Origin: Vulcanimicrobiota bacterium
GTDB taxonomy: Bacteria; Vulcanimicrobiota; Xenobia; Xenobiales; QWHO01
Assembly (NCBI GenBank): GCA_039809865.1
Contig: JBDHVW010000036.1
Coordinates: 1,796-65,795, forward strand
Direction of reading: 5' to 3'
DNA length: 64,000 nt
Shown here: in pieces, positions 27,301 to 35,876 of the stretch
Layout: every line of letters begins with the position of its first letter
Numbering within the stretch: the stretch's first letter is position 1
Translations under genes and position numbers: made by a program
Notes under the pieces: generated by a model
The model's input: only the letters and a program-made list of their open reading frames with translations
Database searches by the model: none
Told to the model about the DNA's origin: nothing

Positions 27301-27916
27301 GCTGGTCGTCGAGGACAACGGTCCGGGTATCGAGGCTTCGGACCAGACGCGCCTCTTCGAGCCCTTCTTTACCACCAAGCCGAGCGGCGAAGGCACGGGC
27401 CTGGGATTGGCCGTGGTGCATGGAATCATCGAGAACCATCGAGGGGCCATCGAGCTCGAGAGTCAGCCCGGGATGACCCGATTTGCCGTCTATCTGCCGG
27501 TAGGCGAAGGGCAGGAGCCGGCCAGGCCCGCCTCCACGGTTGGAATGAGTCGCGGCGACGGCGAGCGTCTGCTGGTGCTGGATGACCAGCTCCCGGTGTC
27601 CAGGGCCATGGGCCTGATGCTGCAAAGCCTGGGCTACCAGGTCTCCGTCTGCAACGATCCGCTGGAAGCGCTCCAGCGTCTGGGCGCCGAGCCCGTCGAC
27701 ATGCTGATCACCGATTACAGCATGGCCGGGATGAATGGCATGGAAGTGGCGGCGCGCTGCCGCGAGGATCGTCCCGAGTTCCCCATTCTGCTCGTGACCG
27801 GCAACTCGGAAGGGCTCGACCGGCAGGCGGGCAGCCCCCACTTCGAGATTCTCGAGAAGCCGTTCGGTCGTGACGATCTTGCGGCTGCCGTGCGCCGGGT
27901 GCTGGGTCGCGCCTGA
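24395..27916 (+). CDS. Hybrid sensor histidine kinase: periplasmic solute-binding (SBP_bac_3-like) domain, TM, multiple PAS, HisKA, HATPase and C-terminal receiver
   Basis: H-box GIAHDFNNVLAAI; G-boxes DNGPGI and GTGLGLAVV; receiver LLVLDD...DMLITDYSMAGMNG; N-terminal periplasmic domain flanked by signal and TM segments. Confidence 0.85.
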   Translation: MGRLWIVLIVCSLLAQVLRAEPSLSVGSEQDFPPLASLRPDGSATGFTVELWEAVARESGLPARIRTAPFHVLLREFKNRRLDVLINLARSPERSAWAEFTVPHTVLSGAIFVRADETQIRSEEDLQGKRVLVLNGDLGHDYALSRGWTCEPAETPADGLRLLSAGNFDAMVVSKLIGLQTLRDEGIKNLVVACPAGYSQSFSFAVRRGDGELLARLNEGLAVVKANGTYDRLYDKWFGVLEPKTMPWRSVLLSLGGLGLVVAILTAAFLHQLALSRQLRLSRARLEETQHLALIGDWEAFPDGRLVLSPQTLRVFAGKQPEGTRSLEEVVNLVDPLDRTRVAALFRQAFEEARSFDTQARVLLHGDYRWVQARAEVRRDRTGKVRSVFGTAMDVTEVRQAALDLESAVSALRQSEEGLRHSLTGLPDPVLLEVAGRIVFANSAALRLFGADSLEELACKPLLEWICPSCRQAFYAWSELAREHQQPAYWEFSFLQLDGSVVPVEAAATTLTFCGSDALEILFRDISARQAAAYEMVHSVSLLHAALESTADGLLVVETNGRVSSYNQTFLRMWRIDPELARLGDDQKLLGAVLEQLKDPQEFLDRVNQLYQEPSASSFETIHFKDGRIFERYSRPQVAQDVVVGRVWSFRDVTERMRGEDALRESELRFRQLAESLDKVFWSWAPGPSRFLYVSPAFEHLWGDSCAELMESPGLWVARIHPEDRERVEQSYKAWLSSGESDGFRVSFRLLRSDGSLRFVVETAASVRDASGQVYRVVGIAEDVTESHTAEQTQRKLQLQLFQSQKLEALGTLAGGIAHDFNNVLAAIVGNAEVLLAASPPGEPLRTGLGEILRASHRARDVVRQILTFSQRREHVRSVVSLSDIVTEVIGLLRATMPPGIEIVAEADPGGCFLQADPAQLLQVAMNLCTNAVQALGTSGRLLVACRPVPDASKLLSEHPGLSGGAYVALVVEDNGPGIEASDQTRLFEPFFTTKPSGEGTGLGLAVVHGIIENHRGAIELESQPGMTRFAVYLPVGEGQEPARPASTVGMSRGDGERLLVLDDQLPVSRAMGLMLQSLGYQVSVCNDPLEALQRLGAEPVDMLITDYSMAGMNGMEVAARCREDRPEFPILLVTGNSEGLDRQAGSPHFEILEKPFGRDDLAAAVRRVLGRA

Positions 27917-27926
27917 CGGTCGCGTC

Positions 27927-28601
27927 TCAGGATGGTGCTGTCGGAAGCGGCTCGATGGTCTGCGAGAAGGGCATGTCCGCCAGAGTCCCCTCGATGAACA
28001 GCGTCCCATTGGGCCCCTGCTGCACGTTGGCCTTGATCCGGTCGGGTCCGAGATTGCCCGACACTTTGTAACCACCCGGGACGAGAGTCACGCTCTCGTT
28101 AATCGCTTTTCAATCGAACTTCCCTCGGATGCGGGCGAGCTGCCCGCTGACCGGGTCGCGCCGCTCGAGGTCGTGACGAAATCCCATTGCGCCCGCGTGT
28201 CCTTCGACGTGACTGCCGCGCTCGTTGGGGGTGACCGTGACCTCGATCGGCCCTCCCGAAGTCTCGCCGGCCAGAGTCGGCCCGGTCCGGGACAGCTCGA
28301 AAGGCTTGCCATCGAGCGTGCCGCTCACTCTGTCATCGGCCTGCACGTAGTCGAGCGTGTGGTCGAGGGCCGAGAAGCGGACGCGCACCCGGGCCTCGTC
28401 CCCCACCAGGGCGCGCACGAGCATGTCGGCGCCCGGGGCGAACATCGCCTCCTCGCAAGTATCGATGGGCGCGAAGTCGAAACGCGCCGGGATCCGGTCG
28501 GGACAGATTCTCATGCTCTCGTTGTGCCCGATCCGTGGGCTAAAGTTGTGAACCCGAGCTGAACTTCCCGACGCGGGATTCCCACGGCTGACCTCAAACA
28601 T
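27927..28601 (-). pseudogene. ORF interrupted by an in-frame TGA (28108-28110); pseudogene, recoding event or sequencing error
   Basis: The high-GC3 frame of track ORF 28110..28601 continues in the same frame for 60 more codons after the TGA down to TGA 27927-27929; a 7-bp hairpin (ACGAGAG-CGTGA-CTCTCGT) starts 11 nt after the internal TGA. Confidence 0.4.
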
Positions 28602-28608
28602 TAGGGGA

Positions 28609-29763
28609 ATGTCCCGCGCCCTGATCCTGCTCTTCGCCTCCGCCGCCGGCCTCTCCGTGGGGAACCTCTACTACGCCCAGCCCCTGTTGCACGCCCTGTC
28701 CATGGCCTTCCACGTCGACGAAGCCCAGACCGGCCTCATCGTCACCGTCACCCAGCTCGGCTATGCAGTGGGCCTCGTGCTCCTCGTTCCCCTGGGCGAC
28801 CTCTTCGAGAACCGCCGGCTCCTCACCACGATGATGGGTGGCACCGTCCTCGCCCTCCTCGCGGCCGCCGCTTCGCCCAGCATGCCCTGGTTCATCGCGG
28901 CTTCCCTCGCCATCGGGGTCACGTCGGTCGTGGCCCAGGTCCTGCTCCCCTTCGCGGCCAGTCTCGCGCCCCCCGAGACCCGGGGCCAGGTCGTCGGGGA
29001 GGTCATGAGCGGCCTGCTCCTCGGGATCCTCCTGGCGCGCGCCGTAGCCGGCTTCCTCTCCGAGCACCTGGGGTGGCAGGCGGTCTACCTCACGTCAGCA
29101 GGGCTGATGGCGCTGACCGCCTTCACTTTGAGAGTCGCCCTCCCCGAGAGGCAGCCCAACTTCAAAGGCACCTACCGGGACCTCATCCGCTCCCTCGTCA
29201 CGATCTTCCGGCAGCAACCCATCTTGAGGCGCCGAGCCGCCTACCAGGCCGCCATGTTCGGGAGCTTCAGCGCCTTCTGGACCTGTATTACGTTCCTCCT
29301 CAGCGCCCCGCCTTTCAACTTCTCCCTGGCGCAGATCGGGCTGGTGGCCCTGGTGGGCGCCTTCGGGGCCACCGCGGCCCCGCAGGCCGGCCGCCTCGGC
29401 GACAAAGGCTACAGCCGCCCCGTCACCGGCGCGGCGCTCGCCCTGGCTGTCGCCGGCTTCGCACTCACGCTGATCACCAATCTCCCGACCATCATCCTGG
29501 GAGCCATCCTGCTCGACCTGGGGGTGCAGACCACCCTGGTGCTCGGACAGCAGGCCATCTACGCCCTCGACGCCGACCAGCGCTCGCGCCTGAACACGCT
29601 CTACATCAGCGTTTTCTTCGTGGGCGGTGCGGCGGGGTCGGCCGCCGGCTCCTTCGCCTACGGGCACGGCGGCTGGCCCTACGTGGTGGCGATCGGGGCC
29701 GGCGCCCCCCTTCTGGCGCTGCTCTACTGGGCTACTGACCGCGGAAGTGCATCTCGCCCTTGA
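28609..29763 (+). CDS. MFS transporter (12 TM)
   Basis: Hydrophobic helices throughout; MFS-like loop motifs (GDLFENRRLL). Confidence 0.8.
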   Translation: MSRALILLFASAAGLSVGNLYYAQPLLHALSMAFHVDEAQTGLIVTVTQLGYAVGLVLLVPLGDLFENRRLLTTMMGGTVLALLAAAASPSMPWFIAASLAIGVTSVVAQVLLPFAASLAPPETRGQVVGEVMSGLLLGILLARAVAGFLSEHLGWQAVYLTSAGLMALTAFTLRVALPERQPNFKGTYRDLIRSLVTIFRQQPILRRRAAYQAAMFGSFSAFWTCITFLLSAPPFNFSLAQIGLVALVGAFGATAAPQAGRLGDKGYSRPVTGAALALAVAGFALTLITNLPTIILGAILLDLGVQTTLVLGQQAIYALDADQRSRLNTLYISVFFVGGAAGSAAGSFAYGHGGWPYVVAIGAGAPLLALLYWATDRGSASRP

Positions 29764-29808
29764 TCGGCCGTCTGTCCCTCCGACTCGAGGTCGGTGGTTT
29801 TGCGTAGC

Positions 29809-30870
29809 TTACTGGCGCGCGAGCCGTCTCTGTCCGTAAGCGTCGGCGGCCTTCAGGGCGCTGACGACCCGCTCGGGCGTCATGGCGCCGGCCTCGTGAT
29901 GGATGGTCTCCCCCTCGGCGCAGGCGCCTTCGGCCACCAGTCGGAGATCCGGGTTCTGCAGCCCCAGCTGCCGCAGCGTGGTGGGCAGGCCGACCGCCTC
30001 GCAAAACCCGTAGACCTCGGCGATCAGCGCGCTCGGACGGTCCGCCAGAAAGAGCCCGGCCTGCACGCCGACGGCCACCTTCTCCCCGTGGTAGAACGCG
30101 TGCGTGGGCTCCAGGCGAGTCAGTCCGTTGTGGATGGAGTGCGCCGAGGCCAGGCCGGCCGACTCGAAGCCCAGCCCGCTGAGCAGCGTGTTGGCCTCCA
30201 CGATGTGCTCCAGGGCCGGCGTGACCACGTTCGCCTCGCACGAGAGGCGAGCGCTCACCCCGAACTCGAGCAGCGTGTCGTAGCAGAGGCGCGCCAGCGC
30301 CAGGGCGGCCCCGGTGGCGAGGCCCCCGCACTGGTTGTCCGAGAGGGTGCGCCGGCAGGCATCGGCCTCGAACCAGGTGGAGAGCGCGTCGCCCATGCCG
30401 GACACCAGGAAGCGCACCGGGGCCCGGGCGATGACGCGCGTGTCGACCAGCACCAGGTCGGGATTGCGCGGCAAGAAGAGATAGCGTTTGAACGCCCCCT
30501 CGGGAGTGTAGATTACGGACACGGCGCTGCAGGGCGCGTCCGTCGAGGCGATGGTGGGCACGATGACGCTGGCCGCCCCGAGCCGGTGAGCGACGGCCTT
30601 CCCCGCGTCGATCACCTTGCCGCCGCCCATCGCCACGACCACGTCGCAGCCCGCGGCCAGCGTGGAGAGGCGCTCGATCTCCTCGTCCGAGCATTCCCCG
30701 CCGAAGGCCGTGGAAGCAAGGTCCAGCGAGGGGAGGAGCTCTCTGCGAGCGGTCGACCCCGCGACGACGAAGGGCCGGGACCCCAGCCCGGCGAGCGCCG
30801 AGGGCAGGTCGGCCAGAGCTCCCGCGCCCTGCGTGTAGCGTCCCGGGAAGATGGCGGTCTGTCGTTTCAT
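29809..30870 (-). CDS. gldA: Glycerol dehydrogenase-like iron-containing alcohol dehydrogenase
   Basis: Strong similarity to E. coli GldA recalled from memory (FGGECS, GGGKVIDAGKA, PTIASTDAPCSA.SVIYT, VTPALEHIVEANTLLSGLGFES, AEGETIH). Confidence 0.85.
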   Translation of the reverse strand: MKRQTAIFPGRYTQGAGALADLPSALAGLGSRPFVVAGSTARRELLPSLDLASTAFGGECSDEEIERLSTLAAGCDVVVAMGGGKVIDAGKAVAHRLGAASVIVPTIASTDAPCSAVSVIYTPEGAFKRYLFLPRNPDLVLVDTRVIARAPVRFLVSGMGDALSTWFEADACRRTLSDNQCGGLATGAALALARLCYDTLLEFGVSARLSCEANVVTPALEHIVEANTLLSGLGFESAGLASAHSIHNGLTRLEPTHAFYHGEKVAVGVQAGLFLADRPSALIAEVYGFCEAVGLPTTLRQLGLQNPDLRLVAEGACAEGETIHHEAGAMTPERVVSALKAADAYGQRRLARQ

Positions 30871-31187
30871 GCTCGCTCTCGCTGGAGTAGAATCGGCATC
30901 AGCCCCAGCGCCAGGGGAGGGGCCGTCAGCAGCAGGAAGCAGCCGAACAGGCCGTAACTACCCCCGTACCGCACCACGACAAGCCACCCGATCAGGCTGG
31001 TCGCGGTCAACGAAAGCAGCATCCCTGACCCTGTGGGAATCAGTCGCCGGCCCTTCGGCAAGCTCGCGACCCCGACCAGCAGCACGATCAGGCACGGCAC
31101 GAGAAGCGCCAGGATTGCGAGCCCGAGAAAGAGGGCGAACACGACGGACAGGGCATCCCCATCCCGACCGCCGAAGGCGAGCCACAT
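30867..31187 (-). CDS. Small membrane protein (106 aa)
   Basis: Three hydrophobic segments; ATGA overlap with gldA; operon position. Confidence 0.4.
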   Translation of the reverse strand: MWLAFGGRDGDALSVVFALFLGLAILALLVPCLIVLLVGVASLPKGRRLIPTGSGMLLSLTATSLIGWLVVVRYGGSYGLFGCFLLLTAPPLALGLMPILLQRERA

Positions 31188-31193
31188 GGCGCC

Positions 31194-32399
31194 CTATTCG
31201 GCGACACGGACGGGCCCGCCCTGCAGCCCCCGGGCCCCGTCCGGCCGCACGAGTCCCCCACGCAGTTCACGATGGCGCGTCACGAAGGGGGGCAGCGCGG
31301 GACCAGGCCCGCGCCAGCTCCACGAGGGCCCGAACGGCCCGTCCGCCAGGTCGACCATCGCCTCGAAGGCGGCCCGCAGGCGTACGACCGGGCCCGCCTG
31401 GTGCTCCTCCTGCTCCACGAACAGCACGTCCGACTGGCGCGCCAGCTCCTGGGCCACCCCACGACGCTCCGTTTCGTAAAGGTCCAGCCACGACTCGCTG
31501 CCCTGGGCCAGCTTCCAGCCCAGATTCCAGACGTCGAACAGGCCGATGTTCATCCCCAACCCGCCCTTGGGCGACTGGATGTGGGCCGCGTCGCCCGCCA
31601 GGAACACCCTGCCCACGCGGTAGCGCGCGGCCACGCGCGTGCTCACCCGAAAGCGCGACATCCAGAAGAGCTGGTTCAGGGAGAGGCCCAGCCCCGTGAA
31701 CGCCATCCGCTCGTTCACCTCGGCCACCGAGGGCAGGTCGTGCGCCTCCAGGCCGTGCTCGGTGCTGACCTGGCCCGTCGGGTCGGAGAGCGTGAGCGAC
31801 CAGCGGTTCTCGCCCGGCAGAGGCAGCGCCGTCAACGTGTCGGTCTCGGTCAGGAAGAAGGTCTGCTCCGAGTGGCGGAACGGCCCGTTGAGCTCGGCGT
31901 CCATCACCAGGAACACCTCCGGGTGGCTCACCCCCTCGAACGCGACGCCCAGCAGATGGCGCACGGTGCTGTGGGCGCCGTCGCAACCGACCAGCCAGCG
32001 GCAGCGCACCTCGCCGGCGTCCAGAAGCGCCGTGACGCCTTCGGCATCCTGGGTGAAGCTGCGCAAACCCACTCCGTACTCGATCGGGCCCACCAGGGGA
32101 CGCAGGGCCGCCTCGAGCTCGGGCTCGCTGCAGCCGTAGCCGAGATAGCGCTCGTCGCGCACGGGGGGCTGCCCCGCGGCGCGGTAGGTGCACGTTCCGG
32201 TGATCTTGATGGCCCCCGGCAGCTCCACGCCGAGATGACCCAGCAATCGCCAGGTGGCGCGCTGCACCGAGGTGGCGCGGCAGCCGACGTGGGGCCCGGC
32301 GGCCGCCTCGATCAGGCGCACCGAAAGACCCCGCGAGCGCAACTGATGCGTCAGGAGCAGCCCGACGGGGCCGGAGCCCACGACCAGGACGTCAAGCAA
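31194..32399 (-). CDS. FAD-dependent monooxygenase (aromatic-ring hydroxylase family)
   Basis: N-terminal FAD motif VLVVGSGPVGLLL; GCDGAHSTVR; GRVFLAGDAAHIQSPKGGLGMN. Confidence 0.8.
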   Translation of the reverse strand: MLDVLVVGSGPVGLLLTHQLRSRGLSVRLIEAAAGPHVGCRATSVQRATWRLLGHLGVELPGAIKITGTCTYRAAGQPPVRDERYLGYGCSEPELEAALRPLVGPIEYGVGLRSFTQDAEGVTALLDAGEVRCRWLVGCDGAHSTVRHLLGVAFEGVSHPEVFLVMDAELNGPFRHSEQTFFLTETDTLTALPLPGENRWSLTLSDPTGQVSTEHGLEAHDLPSVAEVNERMAFTGLGLSLNQLFWMSRFRVSTRVAARYRVGRVFLAGDAAHIQSPKGGLGMNIGLFDVWNLGWKLAQGSESWLDLYETERRGVAQELARQSDVLFVEQEEHQAGPVVRLRAAFEAMVDLADGPFGPSWSWRGPGPALPPFVTRHRELRGGLVRPDGARGLQGGPVRVAE

Positions 32400-33294
32400 G
32401 ACCCAGCGCTCTCCGCGGATTGACAGTCATCATCGTCACCAGGTCGTCCTCCGGCAGCCACTGCGCCAGCAGCCGGGCGAAGTGCGGCTCGCCGTCGGCC
32501 GCCGTCTCGCTCTGGACCTGGCCGAAATCGGTGGCCAGGATGGTCTGCCCGACGCCGGTGGCCCGGATGGTGGCCACGAAGCGCTCCAGCGGCACCTCCT
32601 CGATGGTGTGGATGGCCAGGCAGTGCTCGATGAAGACGCGTTTGTCGGCGGTCAACTCGACCAGTTGCGCATCGCTCAGGTCGACCGAGGGGTAGTGCGG
32701 ATGCGTCAGGATGACGCTGATCCCGCGCGTCAGGGCCATCGGAACGAGCCGCATGATCTCGTCCGCGTGCAGATGGCCGGTCGCCAGCCGCGCGCCGGTG
32801 GAGGCGATCGCGTCCAGCGTGGCGTTCAATGCGCCCGGATCAGCGAAGATGCGCACGGGCTCCTCGTGGGGCTCGACCTCGTGCAGCGAGCAGCAAGCGC
32901 CCCACCAGCGGTGGTCGAAGGCGTGGCCCAGGCAGCGCAGATGGCTCTCCGCGTGCACGGTCGGCATCCAGACCACGAAGGTGGGGTCGGTCCCGCCGTG
33001 CGAGACGTCGGCGTGGTTGCCGGAGGCGGCGCCGAAGACCGCGTCGGGATTCATCCCGCCCACGAACCGGTTCAGCACGATTCCACCCAGGATCGAGGCC
33101 CCGAAATGCTGGCGCGCCAGCGCCGCCAGGGGCGTGGTGGGGTAGGTGTGATTCTTCAGCACCACCGTCATCCCGAGCGGGACGATCTCGTCGGCCAGCG
33201 TGCGCACGTCATAGCGGCGGGGCATCAGCTCGGGGCCGATGTGGTAGTGGGTGTCCACCATCCCGCCGGCCAGCAACCGCTCGCGCAAGGTCAC
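32392..33294 (-). CDS. Metal-dependent amidohydrolase-like TIM-barrel hydrolase; GTG start at 33294 overlapping the AsnB stop (GTGA), alternative ATG at 33261
   Basis: MVDTHYHIGPE... His-rich N-terminal metal-binding signature, later ILTHPHYP and ATDFG; the track ORF 32392..34749 is real only in this 3' third. Confidence 0.6.
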   Translation of the reverse strand: MTLRERLLAGGMVDTHYHIGPELMPRRYDVRTLADEIVPLGMTVVLKNHTYPTTPLAALARQHFGASILGGIVLNRFVGGMNPDAVFGAASGNHADVSHGGTDPTFVVWMPTVHAESHLRCLGHAFDHRWWGACCSLHEVEPHEEPVRIFADPGALNATLDAIASTGARLATGHLHADEIMRLVPMALTRGISVILTHPHYPSVDLSDAQLVELTADKRVFIEHCLAIHTIEEVPLERFVATIRATGVGQTILATDFGQVQSETAADGEPHFARLLAQWLPEDDLVTMMTVNPRRALGLA

Positions 33295-34949
33295 GCGAAG
33301 ACCTCCAGCCAGGCCTCGAGCTGCAGGAGCGACCAGACCTGGTTCGCCTTGGCGGGCTTGTCCAGATAGGGCGTGGCGTCCAGATAGGCACGCGAGCGCG
33401 AGCCCGCACTCAGCCGGTCGTGGGCGTAATCCCGCAACGGACCCCCGAGCCAGTCGGCGATCGGCACGCTGAACGGCTGCTTCTTGCGGTCGATCAACCA
33501 CGACGGGAGCACGTCGCGGAAAGCGTCGATCAGCAAGCCCTTGGCCACGCCGTTGGGCCGCTTCAGAGCCGCCGGGATGGACAGGGCCAGGTCGGTCACC
33601 TGGCGGTCCAAAAACGGAGAGCGGACCTCGAGCCCGCAGGCCATGCTCAGCTTGTCCACCCGCGCCAGGTGGTAGTTGCGCAGCCGGTTGCTGGCCTCGC
33701 ACCACAGGATGCGGTCGAGCGGCGCCCAGCTCTCGGGCGGCAGCTTGATCTGGTCGAGATAGCTCGCCGGGGGCGGAATCTCTTCCGCCCCGAAGATGGC
33801 GGTGCGCGGCCAGTAGTCCTCGAGCGACGCGGGCGGGTCGGAGAATCGCTCGTAGCCCCCCCAGAACTCGTCCGAGCCATCCCCCGTCAGCACGCTCTTG
33901 GTCCGCCGAGAAGCCGTCCTGCAAAGCAGATAGGTGGGCAGCGTGACCGGGTCCTGAATCGGATCCTCGGTGAAGCGCGCCACCTCCAGGAACAGCTCCG
34001 GAACCTGCTCCGCCGAGAGTTGCACCTCCTCGTGAGGATAGCTGTAGCCGCTGGCCATGCGGCGCGCCAGCGGACGCTCGTCCTGAGCGCCCTCCCCGGC
34101 GTCGTAGCCGACGGAGTAGAAGCGCAGCGGCCCGCGGGCCTGGCGCGCGGCCGAATCGAGCACCAGGCTCGAGTCGAGCCCGCCGCTCAGGAACACGCCC
34201 TGCTCGAAATTGGCCGCCAACCGCTCCTGGATCGCCCCGTCCAGCACGCGCCGGACCTCGGCCGGATCGGCGCTGCTTTTCACCGGGGCGGGCGGAGTGT
34301 GCCAGCGGCCGCGGCGCTCGGTGCCGTCCAGGCCGACCTCCAGCCAGCTCCCCGGGGGCAGTTGCTCCAGGCCCTGGAAGGCGCTGCGGTAGCCGCCCAC
34401 GGACTTGTAGACCAGGTACTCGAGCAGCCCCTCTCTGCGGGCCGCGAGCCTTCCCACCGCGGCCTGGATGGCGGCCGCCGTGGAGGCGAAATAGAACGCC
34501 TCGGGCGTGCGGAAGACGTAGAGCGGCTTCTGCCCCCACACGTCGCGCACCAGCAACAACTTGCCCGTAGCCGGGTCGTAGCGGCCGGCGGCGAAGCAGC
34601 CCTCCACGCGATCGAGCCCGGGGGCGCCCCACTGGCCCAGCAAGAGGTGCAGGGCGTGCGAGTCGGAGTCCTCGGGGCCCATCTTTTGGCCCAGGGAAGC
34701 CATCACCTCGGCGGGGCGGTAGATCTCCCCGTTGAACACCAGCTGGCATCCGCCCAGCTCCAGCGGCTCCCGGCCGTGCTCGTCATCGCCCACCAGGGCC
34801 AGGCGGCGGTGCCCCAGTCCCACGCGGTCGGTGCACCAGACCCCCTCCCCGTCGGGCCCACGATAGGCCTGGGCGGCGTTCATGCGGCGCACCACCGCCT
34901 CCACGTCGGGGCGCGGCTCGAAGAAGACGACGCCCGCGATGCCGCACAT
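33291..34949 (-). CDS. Asparagine synthetase family glutamine amidotransferase (AsnB-like)
   Basis: N-terminal MCGIAG nucleophile Cys2; PP-loop SGGLDSS in the synthetase domain. Confidence 0.85.
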   Translation of the reverse strand: MCGIAGVVFFEPRPDVEAVVRRMNAAQAYRGPDGEGVWCTDRVGLGHRRLALVGDDEHGREPLELGGCQLVFNGEIYRPAEVMASLGQKMGPEDSDSHALHLLLGQWGAPGLDRVEGCFAAGRYDPATGKLLLVRDVWGQKPLYVFRTPEAFYFASTAAAIQAAVGRLAARREGLLEYLVYKSVGGYRSAFQGLEQLPPGSWLEVGLDGTERRGRWHTPPAPVKSSADPAEVRRVLDGAIQERLAANFEQGVFLSGGLDSSLVLDSAARQARGPLRFYSVGYDAGEGAQDERPLARRMASGYSYPHEEVQLSAEQVPELFLEVARFTEDPIQDPVTLPTYLLCRTASRRTKSVLTGDGSDEFWGGYERFSDPPASLEDYWPRTAIFGAEEIPPPASYLDQIKLPPESWAPLDRILWCEASNRLRNYHLARVDKLSMACGLEVRSPFLDRQVTDLALSIPAALKRPNGVAKGLLIDAFRDVLPSWLIDRKKQPFSVPIADWLGGPLRDYAHDRLSAGSRSRAYLDATPYLDKPAKANQVWSLLQLEAWLEVFA

Positions 34950-35873
34950 CTAGGCCGGCACCACCACGGGGGCGGCCCCGTGCAGCAGCAGCTTCACGGG
35001 CGTGAAAAACTCGGTGTAGTCGGAGCCCACGTTCACCTCGATGCTGCCGCTGGGATGGTCCACGGTGATGGGATTGCCCTCCAGCACGCCCTGCTGCGTG
35101 AGGAACAGCGCCAGCGCCATCGCGGCCGAGCCCGGCAGCGACGCGTGGCGCTCGCCGTGAAAGAAGCTGGCGGCCGCCACGTGGCGCTCGCCCAGCACCT
35201 GGTAGGGAATCATCTTGGGGATGAATCCCTCCTTCGCCCGCCCCAGCTCGATTGCCAGCGGCACGGCGCGGCGCGCCAGCTCTTCGGCGTAAATGGGCGT
35301 CATCTGCTCGGGCGGATACTGCAGGAACACGAAGACGTTGCCGTGGGGGACGATATGGCACATCGTCTCGTCCAGCGGGTGCGGGTCGCCAAACACGCGC
35401 AGGTCGGCGCTCGTCTCGAAACGCACCCCCCAAGGATGGGTCCAGATCTCCGACTCGGCCGGGATGGTCAACATGACTCTCTGGCCCGTGGCCTTGTTCA
35501 GCGTGCTCAGAGTGTGCCGCTCGGCGCGGGGCTTCGCGACCTCGCTCAGGCGCGCGAAGAGGCCGCTGGCGGCGGCGGCGTTGGAGCACTCCATGTCGTC
35601 CATCATGCGCTGGTTCTGGTAGATGATCTGGTAGAAGTGGAACGTGAACGCGCCGCGCCCTCGATCCGCCTGCACCACGGCCACCTTGTTGGACTGGCTG
35701 GTCGTCCCCCCGAGCCCGTAGGGCTGGCCCAGCATCAGCTCCAGCAAGACCTCGTCCGGCTTCTCGGGCAGATGGATGCCGTCGATCACCACCAGCCGGC
35801 TCGTGCCCGAGCAGATGATCATGCATGGAATCTCCCGCGCGTGGCGCAGGCTCTTCAGTAAGTGGGGCTGCAT
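34950..35873 (-). CDS. PrpF/methylitaconate-isomerase family protein (DapF-like fold)
   Basis: N-terminal IPCMIICSGTSR resembles the IPC..MRGGTSKG signature of PrpF/Mii/GalD family members; its stop abuts the asnB-like start. Confidence 0.55.
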   Translation of the reverse strand: MQPHLLKSLRHAREIPCMIICSGTSRLVVIDGIHLPEKPDEVLLELMLGQPYGLGGTTSQSNKVAVVQADRGRGAFTFHFYQIIYQNQRMMDDMECSNAAAASGLFARLSEVAKPRAERHTLSTLNKATGQRVMLTIPAESEIWTHPWGVRFETSADLRVFGDPHPLDETMCHIVPHGNVFVFLQYPPEQMTPIYAEELARRAVPLAIELGRAKEGFIPKMIPYQVLGERHVAAASFFHGERHASLPGSAAMALALFLTQQGVLEGNPITVDHPSGSIEVNVGSDYTEFFTPVKLLLHGAAPVVVPA

Positions 35874-35876
35874 GGC

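Noticed and set aside
27870-28562. 230 aa plus-strand ORF opposite the TGA-interrupted gene
   Set aside because: It has lower GC3 bias than the minus-strand frame and an odd Cys/Trp/Arg-rich N-terminus, so it is probably shadow. I have low confidence either way.
32392-34749. 785 aa minus-strand track ORF read as a single gene
   Set aside because: Only the 3' third (from GTG 33294 or ATG 33261) is coding-like. The 5' part is out-of-frame read-through of the AsnB-like gene region, so I split it into the AsnB-like and amidohydrolase genes.
29809-35873. Phenazine-modification hypothesis (PhzH-like amidotransferase, PhzS-like FAD monooxygenase and PhzF-like isomerase together)
   Set aside because: The isomerase N-terminus matches PrpF/Mii-type (IPC..GGTS) rather than PhzF, and there are no phzA/B/D/E/G core genes in the window. 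I kept it only as a generic tailoring or catabolic operon.
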